From Camelus dromedarius (Eukaryota): 64,000 nt of DNA. Each line of letters begins with the position of its first letter. Within the stretch, counting starts at the first letter, position 1. The stretch covers positions 27,840,001 through 27,904,000 of the forward strand of contig NC_087436.1 in assembly GCF_036321535.1 (NCBI RefSeq), read 5' to 3'. Shown here piece after piece: positions 39,146-52,418 of the stretch. The position numbers were made by a program, and so were the translations under genes. A model generated the notes under the pieces. It saw only the letters and a list, made by a program, of their open reading frames with translations. It was not told where the DNA came from and did not search any database.

Positions 39146-39384
39146 ATGTATTCAAATAGGTTATGGTATAAGTGGCTTAGGAAAAATCTGGTTTTAAAAA
39201 CATTGATTTTTTAGTGTATATAATTTTTTTAAATTAAGGAAAAAGGAAAAATTCTGGTAACAGTGCTAATTTTTACTGAAGCACACATGTCACATAAACT
39301 ATATGGAAAAGTATAATCTTTAGCATCCATTTTCACAGGATAGATACATACTTAAATAGAATTCGCTAGTTGAATCCATGTGTG

Positions 39385-39862
39385 TCCTATTTAAGTATAA
39401 CTAAAACACAATCAAGAGGTTGCGAATCTGAGTTATTTCCTGAAAATAAGGAATCCACCCACATGCTGTTATGCTGGGGTCCAAATTCCACAGGGACAGA
39501 AGCTTCTTTGTTCAGAACCTTGCCCTGTGTATCTCTTTACCTGGCTGTGGATCCATATGCTTTATTGTACTTTGTAAAAACAAATTGGTAATCTAGTGAG
39601 TAAACTGGCTTAGTGAGTTCTATGAACTGCTCAGACAAATTAATAAAATGCAAGGAGGGAACTGCAGGAAGCTCCGATTTATAGGTCAGAAACACACCTG
39701 GACTTGCAATTGACATCTGAAGTGGGGAGCAGCCTCGTGGGACTGGGCCCTTACCTGTGGAATCTAATGCTATCTCCAGGTTGATAGTGTCAGAATTGAG
39801 TTGAATTGTAGGATCTCCAGTTGGTGTCAAGGAAAAAACCACATGTTGGAATTGGGTGCAGA
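39385..39862 (+). mobile_element. MER21-like ERVL LTR, 3' part
   Basis: GGACTTGCAATTGACATCTGAAGTGGGGAGCAGCCTCGTGGGACTGGGCCCTTACCTGTGG...GATAGTGTCAGAATTGAGTTGAATTGTAGGA. Confidence 0.8.
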
Positions 39863-40892
39863 ATTACAGTATAATAGACTTGACTACAGCCTCCCATACT
39901 CAGTAAAGTCTGTTACATGTAGACCTTCACATATTTATATGGTAAATATGTAATAAATAAATGTTACATATCTACTTATGCAAAAATATAAATACATATT
40001 ACATTATATATACATCTGTATCTATATTATAGATGTTTTATCTTTTTCTATAGTTATTACACTTTCTTCACATTTTGCTTCAATTCTGCTTTGCAGCCTG
40101 AATGACTCACCCACTATAGAATCAGAAAATAAAGGCTGAAAATACTTGAAAACACTTCCAATCCATTAGTGTAAGTGTAAGAGACATAGTCATACAAGTA
40201 TCACTGCTAAGTGAACTACCTCAATCCTAGACAAGACAAGACGAGAGAGAAGGCAAGGGAGGAAGAAAGAGAAAGAAAGAAAATCATCTATGGGGCAAAA
40301 CTGAAGCTACCTCCACAGTAAGTACCATCTGACCCAGCTTCTGCAAACTATGAGAAGCTGAATATGAGCCCAGTTCTATTACTTTGTTGCGGCAAAGACC
40401 ACCAGTTGACAGTAGCTGTCTTGGTTCCTCTCAGGGCACACCTATGCCCCGGACTCTTAGTTTCCCTTTGACCTTCATAATGCTCTTAGTATAATAAGGC
40501 ACTGTGTCCTCGGAATGATGTAACTAGTATGACGCAGAAGCTCCTACATCTAACAAAATTGGGATTAGAGAACCAGTATCAAATCTTACAGTTTGAAAAA
40601 ACTATGAGCCATCAGTCCTGTGTATATATTGGTATTTATATTTCCATATATTTTACTTTGATTTATTTTTCTATGTCCAGATTTACATGTTTCTTCTCTA
40701 TATGGAAATAAGACACAAACTTATCTGTGCCTTGATTATTTTTTTGAATACTTTTCTTTTGGTGATGAATACAAGGCTTGAGCCCTTCTCTTGTGTCTCA
40801 CTAGCCTGCCCCCCCATCAAGTCACAGATATTATATTGCACTGGAGAAAAACGCTGTTGTAGCCTGAAGAGGCCCTATTTCTGCTTAATTTC

Positions 40893-41120
40893 TTTTTTAA
40901 ATTGAAGTCTAGTTGATTTACAGCATTGTGTTAGTTTGTGGTATACAACAAAGTGATCTATTTATACACATATATATTATTTTTCACATTTTTTCCATTA
41001 TGATTTATTACAGGGTATGGAGTATAGCTCCCAGTGCTATACAGCCGAACTTGTTGTTTATCTGTTGTATATGTAGTAGTTTGTATTTGCTAATTCCAAA
41101 TTCCTAATTTATCCCTCCAC
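40893..41120 (-). mobile_element. Short L1 3'UTR insertion
   Basis: TTGAAGTCTAGTTGATTTACAGCATTGTGTTAGTTT...CCTAATTTATCCCTCC, antisense-homologous to the L1 tail at ~54400-54640. Confidence 0.85.
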
Positions 41121-41921
41121 CAAGGTTAATCTCTAATTGTTATTTCCATTTAACTTGTTTCCAATTTTGTTACTATTATAAATTTGGAGGTGATAAGCGT
41201 ACTTTACTTTTACCCATGCAAATATTTCATTATTTGGAGTGGAATAAATTTATAACTGTGAATTTATTGCGTCAAAAACCATAAATATTTTAAGATTATT
41301 AATCAGTATTTTTAAAACTATGTGAACTATTTTTTCACCCATTCATCTTTTCACAACATATACAATTACTATACCTATTATTATTTCTCCCCTTTTCTAT
41401 ACTAATCTATTTTGCAGTTAAAAAGTTGGTATGCAATGTGGTTATAGTTTCACTTGTTTGGTAAGATTTAACGTAGATACATAAACTTGTTAGACATTGT
41501 CTCCTGGAGACTTTTTCTTACTTTACAAAGGTTTCATATTCATGGAATGACTTTTTAAAAGCACTCTGTGGGTGTAGAATATTAACTGTTAACTACCGTT
41601 TGCATTTAAAGATTCTGCTTCAGTGTGCTATTTACTTTTAAATTTTATGGCATTATTTAGGAATACTTATGTATTCAAACCTCTAACTCCTTCTTTAAAA
41701 GTTACATAGAACTCTTTCTCACATCAACATAATGTCTATCTTGATTAAGTTTCCTTTTCTAAACTCAAACTCTTTAGTTCTTCTGGAACTGACTTTGCTT
41801 TTATACTTGTGCTTAATATGTTTTCTCACTATTATTTATTCCATAGGCTATCATTTTATTATTAATTCAAATTGTGAATTTTATCACATAATAAATGTCT
41901 ACATATGTGTTTGTATTTCTT

Positions 41922-42076
41922 TTTTTTATTGAAGTATAGTCAGTTTACAATGTTGTGTCAATTTCTGGTGTACAGCACAATGCTTCAGTCATACATGAAC
42001 ATACATATATTCAATTTCATATTCTTTTTCACCATAAGCTACTACAAGATATCGAATATAGTTCCCTGTGCTATAC
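41922..42076 (-). mobile_element. 155-bp 5'-truncated L1 3'UTR insertion
   Basis: Perfect 16-bp TSD TGTGTTTGTATTTCTT (41906-41921 / 42077-42092). Antisense to the L1 tail at ~48680-48825. Confidence 0.92.
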
Positions 42077-45000
42077 TGTGTTTGTATTTCTTATCATATT
42101 TTTATCCCATATTACCTGTTGTTTTGCATATGCCACTAATATAAGCTAAATGCTAAGTTCAAGCAGGGCAAACTCCCTCAGTTACTCAAATAACTCATTT
42201 TTACATTACTGTTACTAATTTAAAAATGCACCTGTGCATGTGTGTATTATATATATTACCTTTATATCTTTTGTATTTATATATTATATATACACAAATT
42301 TAGAATGACTATATTAAGATTTTTTCCAAAAACGTAATTGTGATTTAAACTGCCTTAAAACTTCAAATAATTTGTAAGTGTTGGTATTTTTGTCAAATCA
42401 ATTCTTATCCACAAATAATTACCGATGTTTCTCCAAGTATAGACATCTTTACTTTCGTTTCTTAAGTAAAACTTTGAGTCCAACCCCAACCCCATATATA
42501 GTTATTATTTTTTATCTTATGTTCTTTACAGTATATGCACATCAACTCGGGTGATTCAGAGAGGACTATGCCTTGAGAAAAATACATATTAAGCCGTAGA
42601 TCCTTGCAAATATAACAAACAAACCATCAATTACAACAGAAGGACAAAGTCAGGGACTTTGCTTCTCTCCTTATAGAAACTTCTGAGATTAAAATGCCAT
42701 GAGTTAGTAGTCCTATTGTCAAAGACAGAATCTAGCAAATAAGGAGGGTAAACCCATATAGGACTTAAGGATCAGTGAAGTCACAACTTAAAAGCAGACA
42801 AGAAGCCTAAAGAATCTGAGACTAGGCTTTTATTTTTTTAATCATCTTTGATGTCATATAGGTCTTTTGCACCTGCCTATATGTTATTTATTTGAATAAA
42901 TTATTTGAGCCAATTTATACATATGAAATCAAAGTAAATAATGCAGAGATTAACTTAATTAAAGAAAGTAACTAAATAAATGAAAAAAATTAAAAACGGC
43001 AAATATATCAAGAATTGATAATATTAAACAAGCTGTGATTTCACTATATGAATTATACACGTTTTTGCAAAATTTTGGATATGGTATGATTTTTAAAAAA
43101 TCAACTTTGATAAAATTAAATTGCTTTACATTTAGAATCTTAACATGCATGAACAAAGGATATCATACTTTTAGGATATCTAAGTCAAGTTAAAATGTTT
43201 AATATATCAGGAGGATAACTTTGCTACATCTCATTTTAGGAATGCCCTATAAACACACATTTAAAAACTGTAATAGCCCATACAGTAACTCAATATATAT
43301 GATTTTAATAAATGGTTTTTATTTTAAATATGACACATTTTGAAAAATAGATTTAATTTCTAGTACTGAATACCTATACCTCTTTCTTACAATTGCAAAC
43401 TACTTTTGAGAATCATGCCCACTAATCTTCACAGAAGCTAACGAATTAGACTTTCACTTTAAATTCGTGTTTTTAGAGAAGGAAAGTAACGTGAAAAGGT
43501 TTAATTATGTGAAAAAGAATCTTTAGCAATGAAAGACATCATTTTACAGTTCTATCTACTTCTTTCTTTATGTCACTTTTTTCTTTAGATTTTTGCATGT
43601 CTATATTTGCTCACACTAAATTACACTTAATCTGCATAGAGATGGACATTTGTAAATCTTGATTTTTTTCTTCTCCAAATACAACTCTTTATCCCACAAA
43701 TCACTAAGTGTTACGTTTATTTGTTATATACCCTGGTAAAGGGAGAAAGATACTATGAGGCAATTGTCATTGAAAATAGGTATCTGAGAAAAGATAGATA
43801 TAACACATATTTCATTTTTTCCCTCAGACATCTCTTACACTCATTTGTTTTTATATTTGATTAATTGATAACTTTGTCATCTCTGAGTTTGGTCATTTGT
43901 AGAATTAACTTCCAATAGCAGCTTTGTGGGTATTCACGTGTGCATGAGTGTGTGTATAATTTCTGCCCTAAGTGAAATAAGAAACCACTGAACCAAAATA
44001 AAGAGAAAACATGAAGACTTCCCTACTTGACAAATGATATAAGTAATTTTCTTCAATTTAGCTTCACAATTGAGGTGATTATTTCCATCAGAGTCAGACA
44101 GACTTTGGTTAACAGAATCATGGTGTGCCAGTTAAATCTCACATAAAATTACAAACAAACAAACTAAACTAAAAATTAATTTATAGTTATATTATTTATA
44201 ACTTACTAATATCTGATTCTTCCTTTACTGTTTCAATTTCTATAAAAGTATGAAGTACCAAATTCATTAAATGGTTTATGTTCCCTATGCTTTGTTTGCC
44301 ATTGAATGTTAGCTTTATTCAAACTCTTGATAAACCTTTTAATTATATATCAAGGAGGCAGTTGACCACGCAGAATCACAAAAGCATTTGACATTTGTGG
44401 TGCTTTGGTGACATCAGTTAATTTATAATATTGCCGTTGCAAACAACTTGTTCTCTCTGGAGCCATAGAGCACCCATCAGTTTTTATTGTGGAACATTTA
44501 TCTAATTTTCTCTTCCACCAGAGTGGAGTGTAATTAACACATTTGTAATTTGAAATATTTTATTGAAAAAGCAAGTAAGTGTTGCTTTGTTTTTTTCATA
44601 AAATTTGTGGGCATCTCTACTAAGTTTTCTAACTGTCTGCATTTGATTTCAAGACAAAACAAAAAATGGAAAATTTTGTAAACTTGAGTAAGAAAAAATA
44701 AAAATCAAGGAATGATATAAAAGATAAATTGGTAGGGATAATTTTTTTTATAAACTCTTAACAATGCTTCGAGGAAAGCAGGTATGAGTGACTTGTTATG
44801 ATACTGAATGAATTTTTACTATAGATGCCTTTTTTTAACATTTGCCTTGTGAACTGTTCAGATTATTTTACAAAAATAAAACACATTCCTATAAAAAGTT
44901 TGTTCTGTTTCTTTTTTAAAATTTTTATCACTGTTCAGTTTTGCCAAATTAAGAGTAAGATTATTTAAATCCATAGAAAGATGTGTACTGAGACTTTATT

Positions 45001-46948
45001 TTCAGATAAAATTAAATTAGCTATCCTAGTTTCTGATAAACTACATCACTAAACAAAGAAGAGAATAATAAGGCTAAAAAGAACATGAACCAAAAAAAAA
45101 AAAAGTATGTTGGCAAAATAGGATGAATTTGTTTTCCTTCCTAAGTCTAAGTACTTGAGTAGTCATCATATTTATTTTACTCTTTGTGAAATCCATTTTT
45201 AATTACGTCTAGGCAAAGAACACCAATAAACAAAACAAGTAAGTAACAATAAACAAAGAAGAAAATAGTCAATTTCCACTGTGATTTTTACATTGACTGA
45301 TAATTACTCAGCTACTCTGCCAACTTTGTTATAAAATGGAGAATCTGCTTCTTCTTCACTCTGCCACTCTGGGGCGGCTCTGTCCTACAGCTGTACCCAT
45401 CTGTGCAAACAACCTAGTCTTTCTTTCTTATTAATGTGCTGCTACTTTTTTAACATTGGGCAATGTATATTCAGTTCTTGCTCCTGGAAATTGTTAATAA
45501 GTACCACATTTATAAAAGAAAATAGTAGTTTACTTTCTCAGAACTTTATTCTCCCCAAGACACAGACCTTTCTGTCAGGAAGAGGAATTTTATTTAGTTA
45601 TTAATGTGAAGAACAACCATTACTGTTGATGGGATCATATGTGTGTTGACTGTATTTTTTCAATGAATATTTACTATAGAGATATACATCAAAAACATAC
45701 AAGTGATTTCCTCTACCAGACACATTACTTAAGACAGAATGTGTTTAAACTTTACAAGAGTAGATATTCCATATATGTTCCATAATCTTTTCTGGTTTCA
45801 ATTATATCCTGTATTAATTTTTTCCATAAATAATATATTTGTTCAATTTTTCCTAAAATCTGATTTTACCATTTGTTTTACTTTAAGCCCTGGTTTACAA
45901 ATTGTAGAGTATACAACAAATATGCCATTTTCTAGCTTCAAGGAATTTATTCCACTAGACAAGTCAACATAATTATTCATTGGAATCGATTAAACATTTT
46001 CCTTTTTCTTTTTACCTTTCAGCTAATTATGAATCAACAAAAAATTATTAAGCCCAATGGAATACCAGAAACTGCTTGTTGCCAAGAATTAAAGACATGA
46101 AATACTTTTCTTCCTGAGAGCAAAAGTTCTTCTTTGCTAAGTTTTAAATGCATACATTTTAATTGTCTTCTACAAATGTAAAAAGTAACTAATTTGAAGC
46201 ACTTATATATACTTAAAATAGATTTATATTATAGCATTCTCTTTTTAGTGATAAAAATGAATATAGGCAAAATCTGGATATAAGACTCTATTAATAACAT
46301 AACCACATTTACATTATGTATTTACACATATGAATTTTTATTAGTATCTAAGATGCTAATCTGTCCCATATAAATGCTTTATAAGAAAGACAATTGTGAA
46401 CATAACTACCAGGAAGTTCTGTAAATGGCAAGGCTGTTTATGTATTAAAATAAATAATTCTGTGTATCAAATGTTTTCTGTGTAGTTCTGCTGCTCACTC
46501 CAATTTTTAATTCAATTGGTGGTATTCACATACATTTTAGGAAAGGTAACAAATTATTTAATTTGTTACTTCTTAATATGCCAATTCTCTGAAATGTTTT
46601 CCTACTTTTCCAGTTTACAAAATAATAGTAATAATAATAGTCTGAAGAAAATCTTATTTGTGTAAAGTTCAAAGATCTTATGGGCAAAATGAAGGTAAAT
46701 TATTAGCTGAATAGTTACTGGCATTTTCTTTTTATTATTTTAAGAATATATATCATTTATTAATTCTTTACATGCAGAAATAAGAAAATTTATTCTTTTT
46801 CCTCCAGTCTTTATTGCTCTTACAGATTTGAAATAGATTTTACTAAAACAAACTAGCCAGAAAAATCCCCACATCATCTACTTTACAGAAATTTTGCAAA
46901 TGATGTGTTTTACTATGTTATTGTTTTATAAAAAAATTAATGACAATC

Positions 46949-48837
46949 ACGATGTATAATCTTTTTTGTTGCTGGAAAATAAAATACTTAGGAATAAATT
47001 GGACCAAGTAAGTGTAAGACTTATACATGGAGAAATATTGACTAAGGAAATTAAAGATGATTTAAAGAAGTGGAAAGATACCCCATGCTCCTGGATTAGA
47101 AGAATTAATATCATTAAAATGGCCATACTATGCAAATCTATCTACAGATTTAATGTGATCCCTATCAAGTTACCCAGGACATTTTTAACAGAACTACAAC
47201 AACTAATCCGAAAATTTATATAGAATCACAAAAGACCCAGAATTACCAATGCAATACTGAAGAAAAAGAATGAAGCTGAAGGAATAACCCTCCCAAACTT
47301 TAGACATTACAGAACTACAGTAATCAAAACAGCATGGTACTGGTACAAAAACAGACATATGGACTAATGGAACAGAACAGAGAGCCCAGAAATAAACCCA
47401 CAGACTTTTCATTAATTAATCTTTGACAAAGGAGGTAAGAATATATAATGGAGTAAAGACAGTCTCTTCAGTTAATGCCTAAGAAGACAGTATAAGAGAA
47501 TTCAAAACAGAGAGAATTTAAAAAAAGGTAGAACATCTACTGTCACAAGTGAATATTACAAATGTCAACTAGACAGCTGCATGTAAATCAATGAAGTTAG
47601 AACACTCCCTCACACTATACACAAAAATAAACTCAAACTGGCTAAAAGACTTAAACAGAAGATAAGATACCATAATCCTCTTAGAAGAAAATATAGGCAA
47701 AACATTATCTGACATAAATCTTAGCAATGTTCTCCTAGGGCAGTCTACCCAAGAAATAGAAATAAAAGCAAAAATAAACAAGTAGGACCTAAGTAAACTT
47801 ACAAGCTTTTGCACAGCAAAGGAAACCATAAGAAATGGGAGAAATATTTGCAAAAGATGAGACTGAAAAGGCTTAATTTCCAGAATATATAAACAGCTCA
47901 TCCAACTTAATAAGAAAAAAACAACAATCCAATCTAAAAAATGGGCAGAAGACCTAAGCAATAGACACATTGAAAAAATGCTCCATACCGCTAATTATCA
48001 GAGAAATGCAAATCAAAACTACAATGAGGTATCACCTCACATCAGTCAGAATGGCCATCATTCAAAAGTCCACAAACAATAAATGCTGGAAAGGCTGTGG
48101 AGAAAAGGGAATCCTCCTACACTGTTGGTGGGAATGTAGTTCGGTGCAGCCATTACGGAAAACAGTATGGAGATTCCTCAAATAACTAAAAATAGACTTA
48201 CCATATGATCCAGCAATCCCACTCCTGAGCATATATCCAGAGGGAACTCTAATACAAAAAGATACATGCACCCCAGTGTTCATAGCAGCACTATTTACAA
48301 TAGCCAAGACATGGAAACAACCTAAATGTCCATCCACACATGACTGAATAAAGAAGCTGTGGTACATTTATACAATTTATACTAATTAGCCATAAAAAAG
48401 AATAAAATAATGCCATTTGTAGCAACATGGATGGACCTGGAAATTGTCATTCTAAGTGAAGTAAGCCAGAAGGAGAAAGAAAAATACCGTATATCACTTA
48501 CATGTGGAATCTAAAACAAACAAACAAACAAAACTTACTTACAAAACAGAAAGAGGCTAACAGACACAGAAAACAAACTTATGGTTACTGGGGGGAAGGG
48601 GTAGGAAAGGATAAATTGGGAGTTTGATATTTGCAGATACTAATATATATAAAATAGAGAAACAACAATTTTGTATTATATAGCACAGGGAACTATATTC
48701 AATATCTTGTAGTAAATTATGGTGAAAAAATATGAAAATGAATATATGTATGTTCATGTATGAGTGAAGCATTGTGCTGTACACTGGAAATAGACACATT
48801 ATAAACTGACTACACCTCAATAAAAATATACATATCT
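46949..48837 (+). mobile_element. 5'-truncated LINE-1 (disrupted ORF2 C-terminal half + 3'UTR)
   Basis: ORF2 peptides [29 protein letters not shown] and [22 protein letters not shown]...HCWWEC. Perfect 17-bp TSD AAAAATTAATGACAATC (46932-46948 / 48838-48854). Confidence 0.97.
47470..47567 (+). repeat. Direct-repeat copy of 49108-49207 embedded in L1 ORF2
   Basis: AGTTAATG(C/T)CTAAGAAGAC...CAAGTGAATATTACAAATGTCA at both sites, ~90% identical by hand alignment. Confidence 0.95.
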
Positions 48838-49619
48838 AAAAATTAATGACAATCTATTATTATAAATTACTTAGTTTTAGTTTGCTGTAGTTCCTTCCTC
48901 CATAAGCATTTTTTTATTATTCAACCTTATTTTGTCTCAGGTAGAATTTAATGGATGCTTTTAGGTAGGAATTGTTCATATATTTGTAATAGTTAAAGGA
49001 AGAATGAGCATACTTTTTGTTTTTTAGACATTTAAGTAACTTGCTAAGGAATTCACTCTTACTTCTGATTTCAAGTATGAGTTAATATCTATTGTATGGA
49101 AGATAAGAGTTAATGTCTAAGAAGACCGTATAACAGAATTCAAAAAAGGAAGAGAATTTTTAAAAAGGTAGAACACCTACTGTTACAAGTGAATATTACA
49201 AATGTCACACATGATAGAGTCATGTCAGATTTCACAATACAACAAATCAATAAAAAGATAATTTTCATATTACAATTCAGGGTCTAAATGCCTTAATTCT
49301 TTTAAAATGAGAGAATAAAGAAAAATGATAGTAACTCTTAGAGTGAGGAGTACAGTATGGAATAAAAGCAATTAATCTTACAATAAAAAGAAATACTCAA
49401 TTCAAAAATAAATTTCTAAAACTTGTTCCATTCTGAGATTACATTACTCAATTAACAGTACTTTAGAAATTATGTTTACATGATGCATGCAGTGATATTC
49501 AGAAATTAAGAAACAGAAAATTCCACTGCTTATGAAATGCCATTACAAAAATGTAATAACTTGCATTTATATATGTATGTATAAATATGTATATGTATAA
49601 AATCATATTTTTTCACAAG

Positions 49620-49830
49620 CTTTTTCTTTAACTCAGGTTTATTGAGGTATAATTTATACGTAATAAAACTCATCCTTTTTAGACTATTTTTCTAGTTTTT
49701 GATAAAGGCATCTAGCATGTAACCACTGCTGCAATCAAAATATAAAACAGTTCTATTGTCCCATAAAATTTCTTCATGACTTTGGTAGTCAATTACCTCA
49801 ACTCACTCCATTCTATCTCCTGAGAGAACT
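49620..49830 (-). mobile_element. Old L1M 3' end fragment
   Basis: TTTATTGAGGTATAATTTATAC...TGTAACCACTGCTGCAATCAAAATATAAAACAGTTC. Confidence 0.7.
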
Positions 49831-50191
49831 GATTGGTTAATGCTTTTGTGTTTTACAAGTTTTTTTTTCAGTCTGATTTTATTATAAAATTCTGAAGTAG
49901 GTAATGATATTCCAAATTAAATCAAAGTACCAAAATGCTCTTTAAAATCTAAAAGCAATATTTGAGATGCTTGTTTTATATTCATAATGTGTGAGTGTAT
50001 GTGTGTGTTCTTTTGAGTAGTAAGTTGAGGAGTACTTAGAAACATTTTATCAATTTACTTACTATCAAAAAGAGAAAATTTTTCCTCTTTCAAAGATTAG
50101 AGATTTTCCTTTTCATATAAACCACTTAAATACTGTTTGCTTCTGAAATTATTTTTATTTAATTAAATAATTTAATCTAAATAATTAGTAA

Positions 50192-50548
50192 TTATTTACA
50201 ATACCCAGGATATGGAAGCAACTTAATTGTTCATCAGCAGATGAATTGATAAAGAATCAGTGGTATAATTATACAATAGAATATTACTTAGACATAAAAA
50301 AGAATGAAATTTTGCCATTTGGAACATCATAGATGGACTTGGAGGGTATTATGCTTAGTGAAGTAAGTCAGACAGAGAAAGACAAACACTGTGTGTTTTC
50401 ACTTACGTGTGTAATTTAAAATATAAAATGAATGATATAACAAAAAAGAAACAGACTCACAGATATGGAGAACAAACTAGTGGTTACTAGTGGGGAGAGG
50501 GACAAAATAGGGTAAGGATTTAAGAGGCACAAATGACTCCATATAAAA
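50192..50548 (+). mobile_element. L1 ORF2 end/3'UTR fragment
   Basis: GGATATGGAAGCAAC, ATGGACTTGGAGGGTATTATGCTTAGTGAAGTAAGTCAGACAGAGAAAGACAAA, ACAAACTAGTGGTTACTAGTGGGGAG. Confidence 0.85.
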
Positions 50549-52230
50549 CAAATTACTTTCTGATATGTATGTATGTGTATATATATTTCTCAATAATTTA
50601 GTTCATCAGGCTTCAATGATTTTTGCTATGCTTGAACATCCAGTGAATAATTACTATGAGTAACATCTTTAAGTACTGATGACAAACACATATAAGTAAG
50701 TTCTAAATATGTATTCACTTATTTAATGACACAGGCAGTGAAATTCACAGACAAAAAAAGCCAATGTGGCTTTCAAGACATAAAAAACACAAAGAAAATA
50801 TTGTGATATGTAAAATTGACTTCAGAACACTGTTATTGTTATTTTCTTTACGGAAATTAGCAAAATGTTTTCTAATTAAATGCAAATACATGAAATTCTA
50901 ATATGCAAAAAGGAGGATTAACAGAAAACTTATGGAAAGGAATTATGATTAATTAGTTATTAATTAAATTATAACCAAGCAAAATTATATACAGTATTTA
51001 ATTTGATTGTTCAGCAAATAGTACATTCTGTTACTTAAAATATTACACATTTTATGCAATGAAGAACATACATTAGTAAGTTTTAAATATGGTCAATCAA
51101 TATTAGAAGAGTAAAATCAGATTTTTTAAAGAAATATTTCAAGTCATATTGGAACTGTGTTATCTGAGTGTATGTATATGTCTTTGTGTGTGAAAAAAAA
51201 ATGAAGGTTAAATTCAGACCTATTGGATCAACTTTCTATTTTGTAAAAAGGCTATGAAATTCATCCATGCATGTATCTGCCTAGGATGTCAAAGAAAAAT
51301 GAGAAATGACATTTATCTCTATTCCTAAATAAAATAGAAACAGTCAAAGAAGTAGAAATACATACTTTGATGATGTTGAAGAAATTTCGTTCTTCAAAAA
51401 GTTTTGTTTGGTATCATTTTAGAAAAAAAAATGGATTTGGTTTGGAATACTGAACTCCTTCAGAGCGTTCTTTTCAACCACCTTTATGCTTAAGAAGAAT
51501 AACAAAATTTTTGCATTTAAATTTGCACAACAAATTTCTGCTTTCCATAAGTCTATATAAATAGAATTATATATAATTACTTTTCACAAGCAAAAGCCTG
51601 ATTTCACAAATAAATTCATTCTTACAGTTGAGTAGCTAAGTTACATTTCTGATTCTTAAAATACAAAACCTTATATTCTTTATTACCCTAATATTACATT
51701 TATCTGAATATATCTTTTGTATAAAACTTGAAAAAGGATGACATATCCAACACTGTATACAAGAAAAAATTATACTTGATTAATAATATCTCTATATTTC
51801 ATTAATTCTGAATGTCCCTTTTATGTAGGTATTTTTCAGAATGCAGACTATTGCTCCATATAATTTAGAAAGCAAATAAAGGACTTTGAGACACATGAGC
51901 AATAATCACTGTGAAGAAAATGTAGGAGAAAGTGTGGATTCACGGTGACAAGTAGGGATGCTAATGCGGTACTTTGGGTGATGGATGTTAGAATCTTGAA
52001 GCTGGTTGAAGTGGGTAGAACTGAGTAGAAAAAAAGAAAAGTATTTAGTTTTTCAATATATTTTGAAGGTAGAGTTAACAGGATATACTGAGAGGTTATA
52101 AGCATGATAGAAAAAAGAGATGAGTCAACATATTTCCAAAGTTATTGTCTTGAGCATCTGAAAGAACAGAGCTACCTGAGGTGCAAAGACCACAAGAACA
52201 GCACATATTGGGGAATGAGTTTATGACATT

Positions 52231-52418
52231 AAAGAAATTTCTATATCTATTTTTATTGAAGTATAGTCAGTTAAGAATGTTGTGTCAATTTCTGGTGTAC
52301 AGCACAATGCTTCAGTCATATATGAACATAAATATATTCCTTTTCATATTGTTTTTCACCATAAGTTACTACAAGATATTGAATATAGTTTCCTGTGCTA
52401 TACAGTATAAACTTGTTT
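52231..52418 (-). mobile_element. Short L1 3'UTR insertion inside L2
   Basis: Close to 41922-42076 in sequence. TSD AGTTTATGACATT (52218-52230) / AGTTTGTGACATT (52419-52431). Confidence 0.9.

Noticed and set aside
46966..48185. ORFs 46966-47223 and 47970-48185 (also 56688-56873) with recognisable protein similarity
   Set aside because: They are frameshifted, stop-interrupted L1 ORF2 fragments, not host genes.
47569..48820. Longest ORFs in the track (133, 101 and 87 aa, minus strand)
   Set aside because: Antisense readings of L1, a common artefact.
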